Assembly: GCA_963795085.1 (NCBI GenBank)
Contig: CAWCFX010000006.1
Span: 704,001-768,000, forward strand
Direction of reading: 5' to 3'
DNA from: an uncultured Gemmatimonadales bacterium
GTDB taxonomy: Bacteria; Gemmatimonadota; Gemmatimonadetes; Gemmatimonadales; GWC2-71-9
DNA length: 64,000 nucleotides
Part shown: one piece after another, positions 50,449 through 60,900 of the stretch
Layout: every line of letters starts with the position of its first letter
Position numbering within the stretch: position 1 is the first letter of the stretch
Position numbers and translations under genes: made by a program
The notes under the pieces: model-generated
Told to the model about the DNA's origin: nothing
Database searches by the model: none
The model's input: only the letters and a program-made list of their open reading frames with translations

Positions 50449-50763
50449 AAGGGGGCAAGGGGTCAGTGGGACAGTGGGTCAGGGGGTCAGTGGGACAGTG
50501 GGTCAGGGGGTGGGGTCAGTGGGACACAACAGTGGGTCAGGGGGTCAGGGGGACACAAACAGTGGGTCAGGGGGTCAGTGGGACACAACAGTGGGTCAGG
50601 GGGTCAGGGGGACACAAACAGTGGGTCAGGGGGTCAGTGGGACACAACAGTGGGTCAGGGGGTCAGTGGGACACAACCGTGGGTCAGTGGGTCAGGGGCG
50701 TCAGGGGACGCACGGGAGCCTGGACCCACTGTCCCACTGTCCCACTGTCCCACTGTCCCACTG
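50449..50763. repeat. Composite octamer element between divergent genes
   Basis: AAGGGGGCAAGGGGG end, G arm, core at 50704-50729, short C arm. Confidence 0.96.
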
Positions 50764-50801
50764 CCGCAAGCCCCCAGCCCTCTCCATTATACTCCCCCAC
50801 C

Positions 50802-52073
50802 ATGCCGCCCAAGCTGCCTCCCCACGTCACCGGCGAACACCCGCTGGTGGGCGCGCTCCCGCCCAACCCCGGCGAGCGGGACGCCATCGGGTTCCTGCTC
50901 CGGCTCGGACGCGCGCTCCACAGCTACGGTTACGCCGCCCACCGGCTGGAACAGGTGCTCGACCAGGCCTCTCAGCGGCTCGACCTCGAGGGGCAGTTCT
51001 TCTCCACGCCGACCTCGATCTTCGCGTCGTTCGGCCCCCAGGAAGATCAGCGCACCTTTCTCATCCGGGTCGAGCCCGGCGGCGTCGACCTGGGCCGCCT
51101 TGCCCAGCTCGACGCGGTGACCCTCCGCGTCCTCCATGGCGGGATCACCGCGGCCGAGGGTTCGGTCGAGATCGACCAGATCCTGGAATCCAAGGCTCTC
51201 TACAGCCGGCTGGTCACCACGCTTGCCTTCGGGCTCGCCTCGGCGGCGGCCTCCCGCTTCCTCGGCGGCGGGCTCACGGAAATCGTGGTGTCCGGCGGCA
51301 TCGGCCTGTTGATCGGGCTGCTCGCCCTCGCCTCCGGCAAGCTGTCCCAGCTGGGCCGGGTGTTCGAGCCGGTCGCCGCCTTCGCCGCGTCGCTGATCGC
51401 CGCATCCATCGGCCACTGGATCGGCCCCTTCTCGGTCTATAACGCCACCCTGGCGGGTCTCATCGTGCTGATTCCCGGGTTCACCCTCACGGTGGCGATG
51501 ACCGAGCTGTCCACCCGCCACCTCGTCTCCGGCACGGCCCGGCTGACCGGCGCGTTCGTGCTCTTCCTGACCATCGCCTTCGGAGTGGCGCTCGGTTCCA
51601 GGATTTCATCCGAACTGGTGGGGTCGCCCCTCATCGCGGAGCCCATCGGGCTGCCGGGGTGGACGGAAGTGGTCGCCCTGGTGGCGGCGCCGATCGCCTT
51701 CACGGTGCTGCTCCGGGCCCAGGCCAGGGACGCGGTGTGGATCGTGATCGCCGGGGCCCTGGGTGTCATCGGAGGGCGTTTCGGCGCGAACGCCCTGGGA
51801 TTGGAACTGGGAGTGTTCGTCGGGGCCCTGCTGGTGGGAACCGCCAGTAACCTCTATTCGCGCATCCTCAACCGCCCGGCCTCGGTGACCCTGGTGCCGG
51901 GCATTCTGCTGCTGGTCCCCGGCAGCATCGGGTTCCGCAGCCTCGCCTCGCTGCTGGACCGGGAAGTGGTCCTCGGCGTGGAGACCGCCTTCCGGATGAT
52001 CCTGATGGCGGTGGCCCTGGTGGCCGGCATCCTGGTCTCCAACATCGTGGCACCGCCCCGGCGAACCCTCTGA
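50802..52073 (+). CDS. thrE: Threonine/serine exporter family protein
   Basis: LGRALHSYG..AHRLE, LIVLIPGFTLTVAMTEL, PGILLLVPGSIGF; about 10 TM segments. Confidence 0.87.
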   Translation: MPPKLPPHVTGEHPLVGALPPNPGERDAIGFLLRLGRALHSYGYAAHRLEQVLDQASQRLDLEGQFFSTPTSIFASFGPQEDQRTFLIRVEPGGVDLGRLAQLDAVTLRVLHGGITAAEGSVEIDQILESKALYSRLVTTLAFGLASAAASRFLGGGLTEIVVSGGIGLLIGLLALASGKLSQLGRVFEPVAAFAASLIAASIGHWIGPFSVYNATLAGLIVLIPGFTLTVAMTELSTRHLVSGTARLTGAFVLFLTIAFGVALGSRISSELVGSPLIAEPIGLPGWTEVVALVAAPIAFTVLLRAQARDAVWIVIAGALGVIGGRFGANALGLELGVFVGALLVGTASNLYSRILNRPASVTLVPGILLLVPGSIGFRSLASLLDREVVLGVETAFRMILMAVALVAGILVSNIVAPPRRTL

Positions 52074-52083
52074 GCTTCCGCCG

Positions 52084-53646
52084 CTAGCCGCGGGGGACGG
52101 CGGCGAGGGCCAGGAGATCCTTCTGGGTGCGGCCCTGGCGAATCAGTTCCAGCGCCCGGTTGAGCTGGGCATCATCGGCCACGCTCCGCTTCCGCGCGGT
52201 CGAGTCGCCAAAGGCGAGCACCGCCACCTTGTTGCCGATCAGCCGGTCCACGTAGGAGCGGCCGGCATCGAACTGGGCCCGGTCCAGCGACACGCCCCGG
52301 GCCTCCAGCCCGCGATAGAACTCTTCGCCCCACGCGGGCTCGACCACGAAGTCGGGACGAACCTGGTTCTTGAGGCGGGCGGCGACATCGTACAGCGCGA
52401 GGTAGGCGTCCTGGGAGCGCGGCGCCAGCGCCTTGGCCAGCTCCGCCTCGGCGGTCGTCATGGTGTCGGGCCGCACCAGCAGGTCCGGCGTGATCGCCCC
52501 GCCGCCATACACCACCCTGCCGCCATCGGATTGGAAACTGGGCCGGGCGCGGATCGAGTCTTCGGTTTCCGCGGCATCCCGGTGGGCCGCGCCCACGTCC
52601 CGGTCGGCCCGCTGGATCGACCGCCCGCTCGGCGTGAACCACTTGCCCGTCGTCAGCTTCATGACCCAGCCGCCGTCCAGCGGAAACACGGTCTGGACCA
52701 GGCCCTTGCCGAAGCTGGTGGTGCCGAGGATCAGGGCGCGGTCGTGGTCCTGCAGGGCGCCGGCGACGATCTCGGTGGCCGAGGCGGAGTAGCCGTCGGT
52801 CAGGATGACCAGCGGCAGCGTCGGCGCGATCGGCTCCCTGGTGGCGTGATAGCGCTCGGCGGTGCCTTCCCGGTCGCGCACGCTGTAGATCTCCATGCCC
52901 CTGGGCAGAAAGAAGTTGGTGATGGCCAGGGCCTGGTCGGTGTAGCCGCCGCCGTTGCCGCGGAAATCCAGGATGAGCGACTTCATGCCGCTCCGGAGCA
53001 GCCGCTCCAGCGCGACCCGGACCTCCGCCGTGGAGTTTTCGCTGAACTGCTGCAGGGGGATATACCCGGTGCCCTGGTCCAGCATCATGGCGTAGGGCAC
53101 CGAGGGGATCCGGACGATGGCACGGGTGAGCCGCACCTGGATCGGCGTATCCACTCCGGGCCGCGCGAAGTCCACCAGCACCGGGGTGCCTGGCTGGCCC
53201 TTGAGCGAGCCGGTCACATTGATGAAGGGCCAGCCTCTCGTCGGCTTGCCGTCAATGGCCACCACCATGTCTCCCGGCTGCACCCCGGCGCCCTCGCCCG
53301 GCGTGTCGGGAAAGACCCGGCTGACGGTGAACCGGCCCTCGTGGTCCTCGATCAGGAGCCCGATGCCGCCGTAGCGGCCCGCGGTGCCCACGGTGAACTG
53401 TTCCATCTCTTCGGGCGAGACCAGCGCGGCGTAGGGATCGTCCAGCTCGCTCAGCAGCCCCCGGGCCGCCCGGATGTACAGCTCATCCGTCCCCAGCGTA
53501 TCCACGAACCGGCTGGAGACCATTCCGAACACGCTGTCGAAGAGCCGGGCGGACTGCCGGTCGGCCTGGTGCTGGAGCGCAAAGGCCCCAATGCCGAGGG
53601 GAAGGCTCAACACCAGGACCAGGGAGAGTTTGCGGAATCGTGACAT
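52084..53646 (-). CDS. S41 family carboxy-terminal processing peptidase
   Basis: LDDPY, PDZ GGIGL, DFRGNGGG, SASATEIVAGALQDHDRA, FGKGLVQ. Confidence 0.93.
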   Translation of the reverse strand: MSRFRKLSLVLVLSLPLGIGAFALQHQADRQSARLFDSVFGMVSSRFVDTLGTDELYIRAARGLLSELDDPYAALVSPEEMEQFTVGTAGRYGGIGLLIEDHEGRFTVSRVFPDTPGEGAGVQPGDMVVAIDGKPTRGWPFINVTGSLKGQPGTPVLVDFARPGVDTPIQVRLTRAIVRIPSVPYAMMLDQGTGYIPLQQFSENSTAEVRVALERLLRSGMKSLILDFRGNGGGYTDQALAITNFFLPRGMEIYSVRDREGTAERYHATREPIAPTLPLVILTDGYSASATEIVAGALQDHDRALILGTTSFGKGLVQTVFPLDGGWVMKLTTGKWFTPSGRSIQRADRDVGAAHRDAAETEDSIRARPSFQSDGGRVVYGGGAITPDLLVRPDTMTTAEAELAKALAPRSQDAYLALYDVAARLKNQVRPDFVVEPAWGEEFYRGLEARGVSLDRAQFDAGRSYVDRLIGNKVAVLAFGDSTARKRSVADDAQLNRALELIRQGRTQKDLLALAAVPRG

Positions 53647-53793
53647 GGATGAGCCTTGCCTCTGCGTAGGGTGGCGGCCACGGGGTGACGGACCGGCCTG
53701 ATTCAAGGGTCTACGAAAAAGAACGATAACGAGTTACACGCCTTTTTCCGGCGGCGGCACTCCCCTCGGGGACCCCGCCGGACGCATATTCCC

Positions 53794-55452
53794 ATGCGGG
53801 AGGTTTTCCCTGAACAGACTTCGAGGCCCGCATTGAGACTCTCGCGCCGGTTCTGCCTGGTGGCCCTGGTGCTCGTAGTGCCCCGCGCCGCCGCCGCCCA
53901 GGGACTGGAACCCACGTCCCACCCGGTCCTGGACCACGCGTCCCGTTCCTTCTGGGAAGCGGGGAGCGAAAAGGATGCCGAGTCCGCCGCGGCCCAGCTG
54001 GCCGCCGCGGGGGCGGAGCCTGAAGTGGCGTGGCGGGTGCTCTCCCGGGGCCGCGTGTATTCGGCCCGGGTAGGAAAGGGACGCCTGAACCTGGAGCATC
54101 AGACACCGGACGGCCGCAAGCACCGGTACACGCTGGTCGTTCCAGCCGGGTACAACCCCGCCGTCCCGATGCCGCTGCGGATCTATCTCCACGGCGGCGT
54201 GGACACCGAGGACCGCAACAGCGCCCGCCTCTGGGATTTCGACCGGTTCCACGCCGGCGACGGGCTGGCGCTCTATCCCAGCGCCTGGCGCGGCTCCATG
54301 TGGTGGACCGGGGGCCAGCTGGAGAACCTCGCCGGCATACTCGCGAACCTCAAGCGCACCTACAACATTGACGAGAACCGCATCCACGTCATCGGCGTGT
54401 CGGACGGGGGCACCGGGGCGTTTTTCCTGGCGTTCAAGCGCCCGACCCCGTTCGCCGGGTTCGTTTCGCTGATCGGGCACGGCGGCGCGCTCGCCAATCC
54501 GCGGCTGGGCGCCGCCGGTCCCTTCTTCGTCACCAACCTGCGCAATTCGCCATTTTTTGCCGTGAACGGCGCGCTGGACCCGCTCTTTCCGGTGCGCGAA
54601 GTGGCGCCCTACGTGGCGCTCTACCGGCAGGCGGGCGTCAACTTCGCCTTCCGGCCCCGGGCCGCGGCGGGCCACGACCTCCGCTGGTGGCCAGAAGCAG
54701 AGCCGGCGGTGGACAGCTTCATTCGCGCCCACCCGCGGCGGCCGTTCCCGGATACCATCAGTTGGGAGACCAGCGACCCCGAGACATCGGGCCGGGCGTG
54801 GTGGCTCAGGATTGACGAGCTGGGGACCGTCGCCGGCGAGTCTCCCCTGCCCGCCCTGGACAGTATCGTCCCGCTCCGCCCGGAACCGAGCCTCGGGGTG
54901 CGGGCCGATCCCGGCAGTACCCAGGGGGTACGCCTGCTGGCGGTGCTGCTGGGATCCATGGCGGGGGAGGCCGGTCTGCAGGCGGGAGACCGCATCGTGG
55001 AGGCGAACGGCATCCCCACGCCCACGGTGCCCGCGCTGCTCCAGGCCAGCCAGGGCCTGACATGGGGAGACACGCTGGTGCTCATCATAGACCGGGAGGG
55101 AACCGCGCGGCGCATCCGGGTGCTCTTCGGCCCCTCGCCCCCCGCCGTGCAGGCGCCGGTGCTGGCGTTCCCGCATCCGCTGCCGAGCGGCCGGGTGGAC
55201 GTCGTCGCCACGGGCAACCGCATCGAGGCGCGCACCCGCGGAGTGCGGCGGTTCACGCTGTTGCTGTCCCCCTCCCAGTTCAACCTCGACGCACCGGTGA
55301 CGGTGGTCGCCAACGGCCAGACCGTCTTCGAGGGGCGGGTCGCCCGGTCGGCCGAGACCCTGGTGCGCTGGGCGCTCCAGGACCGCGACCGGGCCATGCT
55401 CTATCTCGCCGAACTGCCCATCGAACTCCACTCCTCGCGCAGCAGTCCATAG
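53794..55452 (+). CDS. Secreted alpha/beta hydrolase-like protein with PDZ domain (start may be TTG 53833)
   Basis: YLHGG, GVSDGG nucleophile elbow, GALD, AGH; PDZ-like SLGVR...GSMAGEAGLQAGDRIVEANG. Confidence 0.8.
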   Translation: MREVFPEQTSRPALRLSRRFCLVALVLVVPRAAAAQGLEPTSHPVLDHASRSFWEAGSEKDAESAAAQLAAAGAEPEVAWRVLSRGRVYSARVGKGRLNLEHQTPDGRKHRYTLVVPAGYNPAVPMPLRIYLHGGVDTEDRNSARLWDFDRFHAGDGLALYPSAWRGSMWWTGGQLENLAGILANLKRTYNIDENRIHVIGVSDGGTGAFFLAFKRPTPFAGFVSLIGHGGALANPRLGAAGPFFVTNLRNSPFFAVNGALDPLFPVREVAPYVALYRQAGVNFAFRPRAAAGHDLRWWPEAEPAVDSFIRAHPRRPFPDTISWETSDPETSGRAWWLRIDELGTVAGESPLPALDSIVPLRPEPSLGVRADPGSTQGVRLLAVLLGSMAGEAGLQAGDRIVEANGIPTPTVPALLQASQGLTWGDTLVLIIDREGTARRIRVLFGPSPPAVQAPVLAFPHPLPSGRVDVVATGNRIEARTRGVRRFTLLLSPSQFNLDAPVTVVANGQTVFEGRVARSAETLVRWALQDRDRAMLYLAELPIELHSSRSSP

Positions 55453-55962
55453 ACCACCACGTCGTGGAACATGCCGTCCTTCCGGAAGTGCTGCCGGAGG
55501 ACGCCTTCCTGCCGCATCCCTGCCTTCCGAAGCACCCGGCCCGACGCCGGGTTGCCGATCATGTGGTGGGCGTACACCCGGTGGAGCCCGCGGCCGGTGA
55601 AGGCATACTGGACCATGGCGCCCGCTGCCTCGCTCGCGAAGCCCTGGCCCCAGTAGGGCCGGCCGATCCAGTAGCCCAGCTCTCCCCGGTTGCTCGCGGC
55701 GGTAAAGCGGAGCGCCGCCGCGCCAATCAGCAGCCCGGCCTGACGGAGCACCACGCCGAAGGTGGCCGCCTCCTCCCGGTCGAAGGCGACCGCCAGTGTG
55801 CTGATCCAGGTGGCGGCCAGGCCGTCCGGATAGGGATGGGGAATGCTGAGGGTGGTGGCGGCGACTTCAGCGCTCGCTCACCAATGTGTGGATCTGGCCG
55901 GCGTCCTCGGCCACGAGCGGCCGGAGGACGAGGCGGGGAGTTTCCAGGGTCGGTTGGGGCAT
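55401..55962 (-). pseudogene. RimJ/RimL-type GNAT acetyltransferase with a one-base frameshift near 55869
   Basis: MPQPTLETPRLVLRPL...LVSER is followed by an extra T creating TGA. The next frame continues EVAATTLSIPHPYP...GELGYWIGRPYWGQGFASEA...NPASGRVLRKAGM. Confidence 0.85.
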
Positions 55963-55970
55963 GCCCAAAC

Positions 55971-56579
55971 TCAGGGCCGGCGGACCGCCTCGACGGCGAG
56001 TTCGATCTCGACCTCGTCGCCCAGCATGACCCCGCCGCCTTCCACCACCCGGTTCCAGGTGACACCGTACGCGGTCCGGTCAATCCGGGTACTCGCCTCG
56101 AAGCCAACCCGGGCGCGGCCCTGCCCCGCCGCGGCGGACCCCAGGAAGCGTCCCTCCAGCACTACCGGGCGGGTGACCCCGCGCATGGTGAGGTCTCCGG
56201 TGATCCGGAGCCGGGTCCCGTCCACTTCGACCGCGGTGCTCTTGAAGGTGATGGTCGGGTGGTTGGCCGCATCGAAGAAGTTGTCGGAACGTAGATCGTT
56301 GTCCCGCCGCTCGTGCCCGGTGTCAATGCTGCCGGTCTGGATGGTGACGTTCACCTGGGCGGTGCGCCAGTCGGTCGAGTCGCCAGTGATGGTGCCTTCC
56401 CACTGGTTGAAGGTGCCCCGCACCCGGCTCATGAAGTGGCGGATCCGGAACGAGACGTCGGAATGCCCCGCGTCGATCTGCCACACCGGCGGGGTGGTGT
56501 CGGCCGCCAGGGCCGCCGAAGGCTGGCTGGCCTGCTGGGGAACCAGGAGCAGGGCGAGAAGGGTGGGAACCAGTGACAT
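55971..56579 (-). CDS. yceI: YceI family protein
   Basis: WQIDAGHSDVSFRIRH, SIDTG..RRDNDLRS..FFDA, GDLTMRGVT. Confidence 0.92.
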   Translation of the reverse strand: MSLVPTLLALLLVPQQASQPSAALAADTTPPVWQIDAGHSDVSFRIRHFMSRVRGTFNQWEGTITGDSTDWRTAQVNVTIQTGSIDTGHERRDNDLRSDNFFDAANHPTITFKSTAVEVDGTRLRITGDLTMRGVTRPVVLEGRFLGSAAAGQGRARVGFEASTRIDRTAYGVTWNRVVEGGGVMLGDEVEIELAVEAVRRP

Positions 56580-56851
56580 CGGGCGCGCTCCGGGCGGATA
56601 CGGTAATGAGGGGGCGAACCCCGGCGATGCGATGAATACGGGGGGAACGGCCAAATCGTTGCAAGACCCTGTCCCACGCTGGTTTACCGGCATCCACCCG
56701 GCCTTGCGACATATCCGGTCATTGACGGAGGCGGGACCGGCTGTTAAGTGAAGGAGGTCTGTGGGCCGCCTCACGGCGCCCGGGTCGGGGTTCCCCTAGC
56801 ATGGGAGGTCAGGACCAGCGGACATCGGCACACGCGACGAACGGCAGGGAC

Positions 56852-57904
56852 ATGATGGGACACATCAGCGACCGGACACTGGACAACCTGCTCGACGGGA
56901 CCATTGATGACGCGAGCGAGCTCGCCATCGAGGAACACGTCCGGCGCTGCGACCGGTGCGCCCACCGCCTGCGCGAATGGGAGTTGCTGTTTCCCCAGAT
57001 CAAGAGCCTGATCCCGACCGGCGAGCACCCGGTGGTCACACCCGAGGCGGCGGCCGCACCTCCGCCCCCCAGCGTCGTGGTGCAGGACTGGAATCCTCCG
57101 CGCGCCCCGCGCCACCTCCCGGCCAACCTGGCCTGGGTGCTGGTGGCCATCCTCGCGGCCGGGGCAGGCTGGCTTCTCTACCAGGAAACCAGGGACCGGA
57201 CACCCACGGTCGCCTACCTGCCGGAGCCGTTCGACCAGGGAGAGGTGCCGGGGAGCGGTGAGACCGCCGGGCTGGGCAGCGGTATCGCCACCCCGCCCGC
57301 GCCGGAAGTGGTGCCGGTGGTTATCCGGGACAGCGTTCCTTCCCAGCCGCTCCGCGGTGCGGCACCGCCAGCCTCCCGCGAGCCGGCCCCGCGGGAAACC
57401 CAATCGGCCGCGGCCACCAGCCCCCCGCCGGCAGAGCAGGATGTCCGGCGCCCCAGCCCTGCCCGGGAGACGGCCTCCACGTTCCCCGTCCGGACCGAAT
57501 CGCCGCGGGCCCAAACCGAATCGCCCAAGAGCGATGCGGAATCACCGCTGCCGGAGCAGTTCCAGCGGGTGACGCTCGGTGACGCCCTCAACCGGATGTC
57601 GGGGACCGTGCGGCTGATCTCGGGGTTGACCCCCATGGCCGTGGAGATTGCCCAGGGCAGCGCGCTGCCCGGCGCCGATCCGTCCAAGGCGGTGGTGCGG
57701 ATTGTCTATAACGCCCCCGAGGGCCGCCTGATCATGGACCAGCAGCGGGTCGGCGGCGGCCGCCGGGAACCCAGTATCGCCATCAGCACCGCGGCCAACG
57801 GCGTGAGCGTCGCGCAGTGGGTGGACCGCGGCGGCTACTGGATCTCCCTCGCCGGCCGGGCCGACCGGGAAACCCTGCTTTCGATCGCCAACCGGGTACA
57901 GTAG
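56852..57904 (+). CDS. zf-HC2 (anti-sigma-like) membrane protein
   Basis: HVRRCDRC (HxxxCxxC), one TM segment, Pro-rich linker. Confidence 0.78.
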   Translation: MMGHISDRTLDNLLDGTIDDASELAIEEHVRRCDRCAHRLREWELLFPQIKSLIPTGEHPVVTPEAAAAPPPPSVVVQDWNPPRAPRHLPANLAWVLVAILAAGAGWLLYQETRDRTPTVAYLPEPFDQGEVPGSGETAGLGSGIATPPAPEVVPVVIRDSVPSQPLRGAAPPASREPAPRETQSAAATSPPPAEQDVRRPSPARETASTFPVRTESPRAQTESPKSDAESPLPEQFQRVTLGDALNRMSGTVRLISGLTPMAVEIAQGSALPGADPSKAVVRIVYNAPEGRLIMDQQRVGGGRREPSIAISTAANGVSVAQWVDRGGYWISLAGRADRETLLSIANRVQ

Positions 57905-57907
57905 AAA

Positions 57908-57997
57908 AGTGCAGAGTGCAGAGTGCAGAGGGCTCTGCACTCTGAACTCTGCACTCTGCACTCTGCACTCTTTCTGCACTCTGCACTCTGCACTCTC
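57908..57997. repeat. Inverted heptamer arrays (GTGCAGA)x3 and (CTCTGCA)x~8
   Basis: Directly visible between two convergent stop codons. Confidence 0.95.
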
Positions 57998-57998
57998 T

Positions 57999-60900
57999 TC
58001 ACGGGCAGGTCTGCCCCGCCAGGAACCAGCACGACGCCCGCGCATCGGTCTTGAAGAAATTGAGCAGCATGTTGGCGACCTTGGTCTCGCCCGGGCGGGC
58101 CGGGTGGGTGTGGTCGGCCTCGAAGTCGGAGAGCGACCAGGTCAGGCCGTCCGAGCGGGGGTTGAGCCCGTCGGCCCAGGGATAGGGCCCCCAGCCCACC
58201 CAGGGAGCCACGGTGTTGTAGTTCAGGTTGCCGGCTCGCGCGTCCACCACGGTCCCCCCGTTCGCCATCTGGTCAATCTGCGCTTCGATGACCCACTTCA
58301 CCGCGTAGCCGGTCTCGTACGCGTACGGCTCCGGGTTGAGGGGTGAGGTCGCATAGCCGCCGTAGGTCCGGCTGGAGAAGAAGACCATCTGCAAATTGGG
58401 ATACCGGACCTTGAGGGCGCGGAGAATATTTCCGTACTGGCCGACCAGCCTCTCGGCGTCGGCCTGGTTCGAGGGCAGGCTGGTCGTGGGATTGCCGTTG
58501 AAGACCTTGAGCCAGATAGCCTCGACCTGCCGCTCGCTCAATCCCTGGGCGACCAGGATGCTGTCGCGGACCAGGTCGTAGTTGAAATCGGTGGGACTCT
58601 CCCAGGTGCTGGCTTCCTGGCCCGGCCGGGCGCCGTTAGCGAGGACCATCTCCACGTGATTGACCTGGGGGTCGGTGGCCGCCCGGCCCATCAGGGTCCA
58701 CGAGTCGCAGGGCGAATCGAACGCCGCCGAGCACCACTCCTGGGTGGTGTTCGAAAGCCCGATGGACAACAGGACAAACTTTCCGTTGCTGTTGGGATTT
58801 CCGTTGAAGCTGCGGGGCCGAATGTTCCGCGCCCGGGCCGCCCCCGCCGTGGCGTGCGCCGCCGGCACCGTGTTGCCCGCCGGGTAGAGCCCCCCGGGCA
58901 ACCCGAAGTAGGTCGCCGAGCCCATGTCGATCAGCGGGATCCGCAAGTTCGCCGCGGCCGTGCCGGTGGCGGTGAAGGTGAGCGGGCTGCCGCCCAGGCC
59001 GGCGGAACTGGCGCGAAGCAGGTTGGTGCCGGCCAGCGGACCCAGGATCCATGCCCCACCCGTCGCGGTGCCCTGCGGACTGGTGATCGCCGTCCCCGAG
59101 ACGATGCTGCCGCCGCCACCGGTCACTGCGAAGCTTACCGTGACGCCGCCGACCGGGTTGCCATGCGCGTCCTGGACCAGCACCACCGGGTCAATGGGGA
59201 CCGGCGTGCCCGCCGTCGCCGTCTGGTTGTCGCCCGCCTGCCGGGAGATGACGGCCGCCGGCCCCGCGCTCCCGGTGGCCGTAAACGTGGTGGTAAAACC
59301 GGCGCCGGAAGCCCGCACCGTGTTCTGGCCGGCCAGGTTGCCGAGGGTCCAGGTGACTGCGGCCAGCCCGGAAGGATCGGTGGTACTGCTGCCGGAGGAC
59401 AGCGACCCGCCGCCGGACAGCACGGTCCATGCGATCAGCACGCCCGGCACGCCGTTACTGTTGCCGTCCACCACCTGGACCACCAGCGAATCGGCCAGGA
59501 CAGTCCCCGCCTCGCCTACCTGGCTGTCGCCGTCGGCGTTGATGATGGCGGCGGGAGGGCCGCTGGAACTGGTGCCCGTCGCGGTGAACACCGCCGGGCT
59601 TCCGTTCAGCCCCGGCGCGGTGGCCGTCAGGGCGTTCGCCCCCGCGATAGCGCCCAGCGTCCACGTCCCCCCCGATGCCCGCCCGTTGGCGTTGCTCACG
59701 TCGGTGGCGAAAGCGATCGAACCGCCGCCACCCGTCACCGCGAACGACACGCTCACGCCCGCCACGGTGTTGCCGCTGGCGTCGGTGACCAGGACCCGCG
59801 GGTTGATGGCTACCGGTGTGCCCGCCGGGGCCGACTGGTTGTCGCCGCCCTGCTTCGCCAGGATGGCCGCCGGTCCCGCCGTGATGGTCACCGGCCCGGA
59901 CGTGATGCCGGCCAGACCGCCCGAGCTGAAGAGCAGCGTCCGCGCGCCCACCAGTCCGGAGATCGCCAGGTCGGTGAACTGCGCGATGCCGGCCCCATCG
60001 GTCGCCACGGTGAGCGCACCACCGAGAGTACCGCCGCCCGATGCGATGGCGGCGGTGACCGGGATGCCGGCCTGGGAAACCGGGTTCCCGAAGCCATCCG
60101 CCAGGCCCAGCGCCGGCTGCTGCGGCAGGCTCACGCCGCTCTGGCCATTCCCGGGCGCCGCGGCGAGAACCAGCTGGCTCGCGGACCCGGCGGTGCCGGT
60201 CGCGCTGAAGACACGGGTGAGTCCGCCGGTCGCCGCTTCCACCTGGTTGGCGCCGGCCGCGTTGCCGAGCGTCCACCGGACCCAGGCCACGCCGGCAATG
60301 TCGGTGTTCACCGTGGTTGTGGAGACCGACCCGCCTCCGCCCAGGATGGTCCAGGTGACCGGCGCCCCCGGAACCCCGGTGCCGCCGGCATCGAGCACCT
60401 GCACCACCAGCGAGTCGGCCAGTACCCGGCCCACCACTCCCGTCTGCGCATCACCCGAGACGACGACCATGCTCGCGGGGGGACCGTTTGTGGGCGTGCC
60501 GGTCGCGAAGAAGGTGGCGGGACTCCCGGCCAGTCCTGGCGCCGTGGCGGTGAGGCTGTTCTGGCCCGCGGCGGGACCCAGGGTCCAGGTTCCGCCGCTC
60601 GCCAGGCCCTGGCTGTTGGTGAGGTTGCTTGCCAGCTGGATGCTGCCGCCTCCGGCGGCGACCGCGAACCCCACGCTGACGCCGGCCACCGGGTTGCCAT
60701 TGGCATCCTTCACCAGGACGACCGGGTCCACCGCCACCGCGGCGCCCACCGGCGCGCTCTGGTTGTTGCCGGCATTCCGCGTGAGCGTCACCGGCGGGCC
60801 GGCCACGCCAGTCGCGCTGAAAGTGGCGTTGAAGCCCGCCGCGCTGGCCCGCACCGTGTTCCCACCCACTACATCTCCCAGGGTCCACTCGGCGGACGCG

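Noticed and set aside
55860..55880. Programmed +1 frameshift in the GNAT gene
   Set aside because: CGC-TGA is not the prfB-type CTT-TGA slippery context, and two other single-base insertions nearby point to sequence error.
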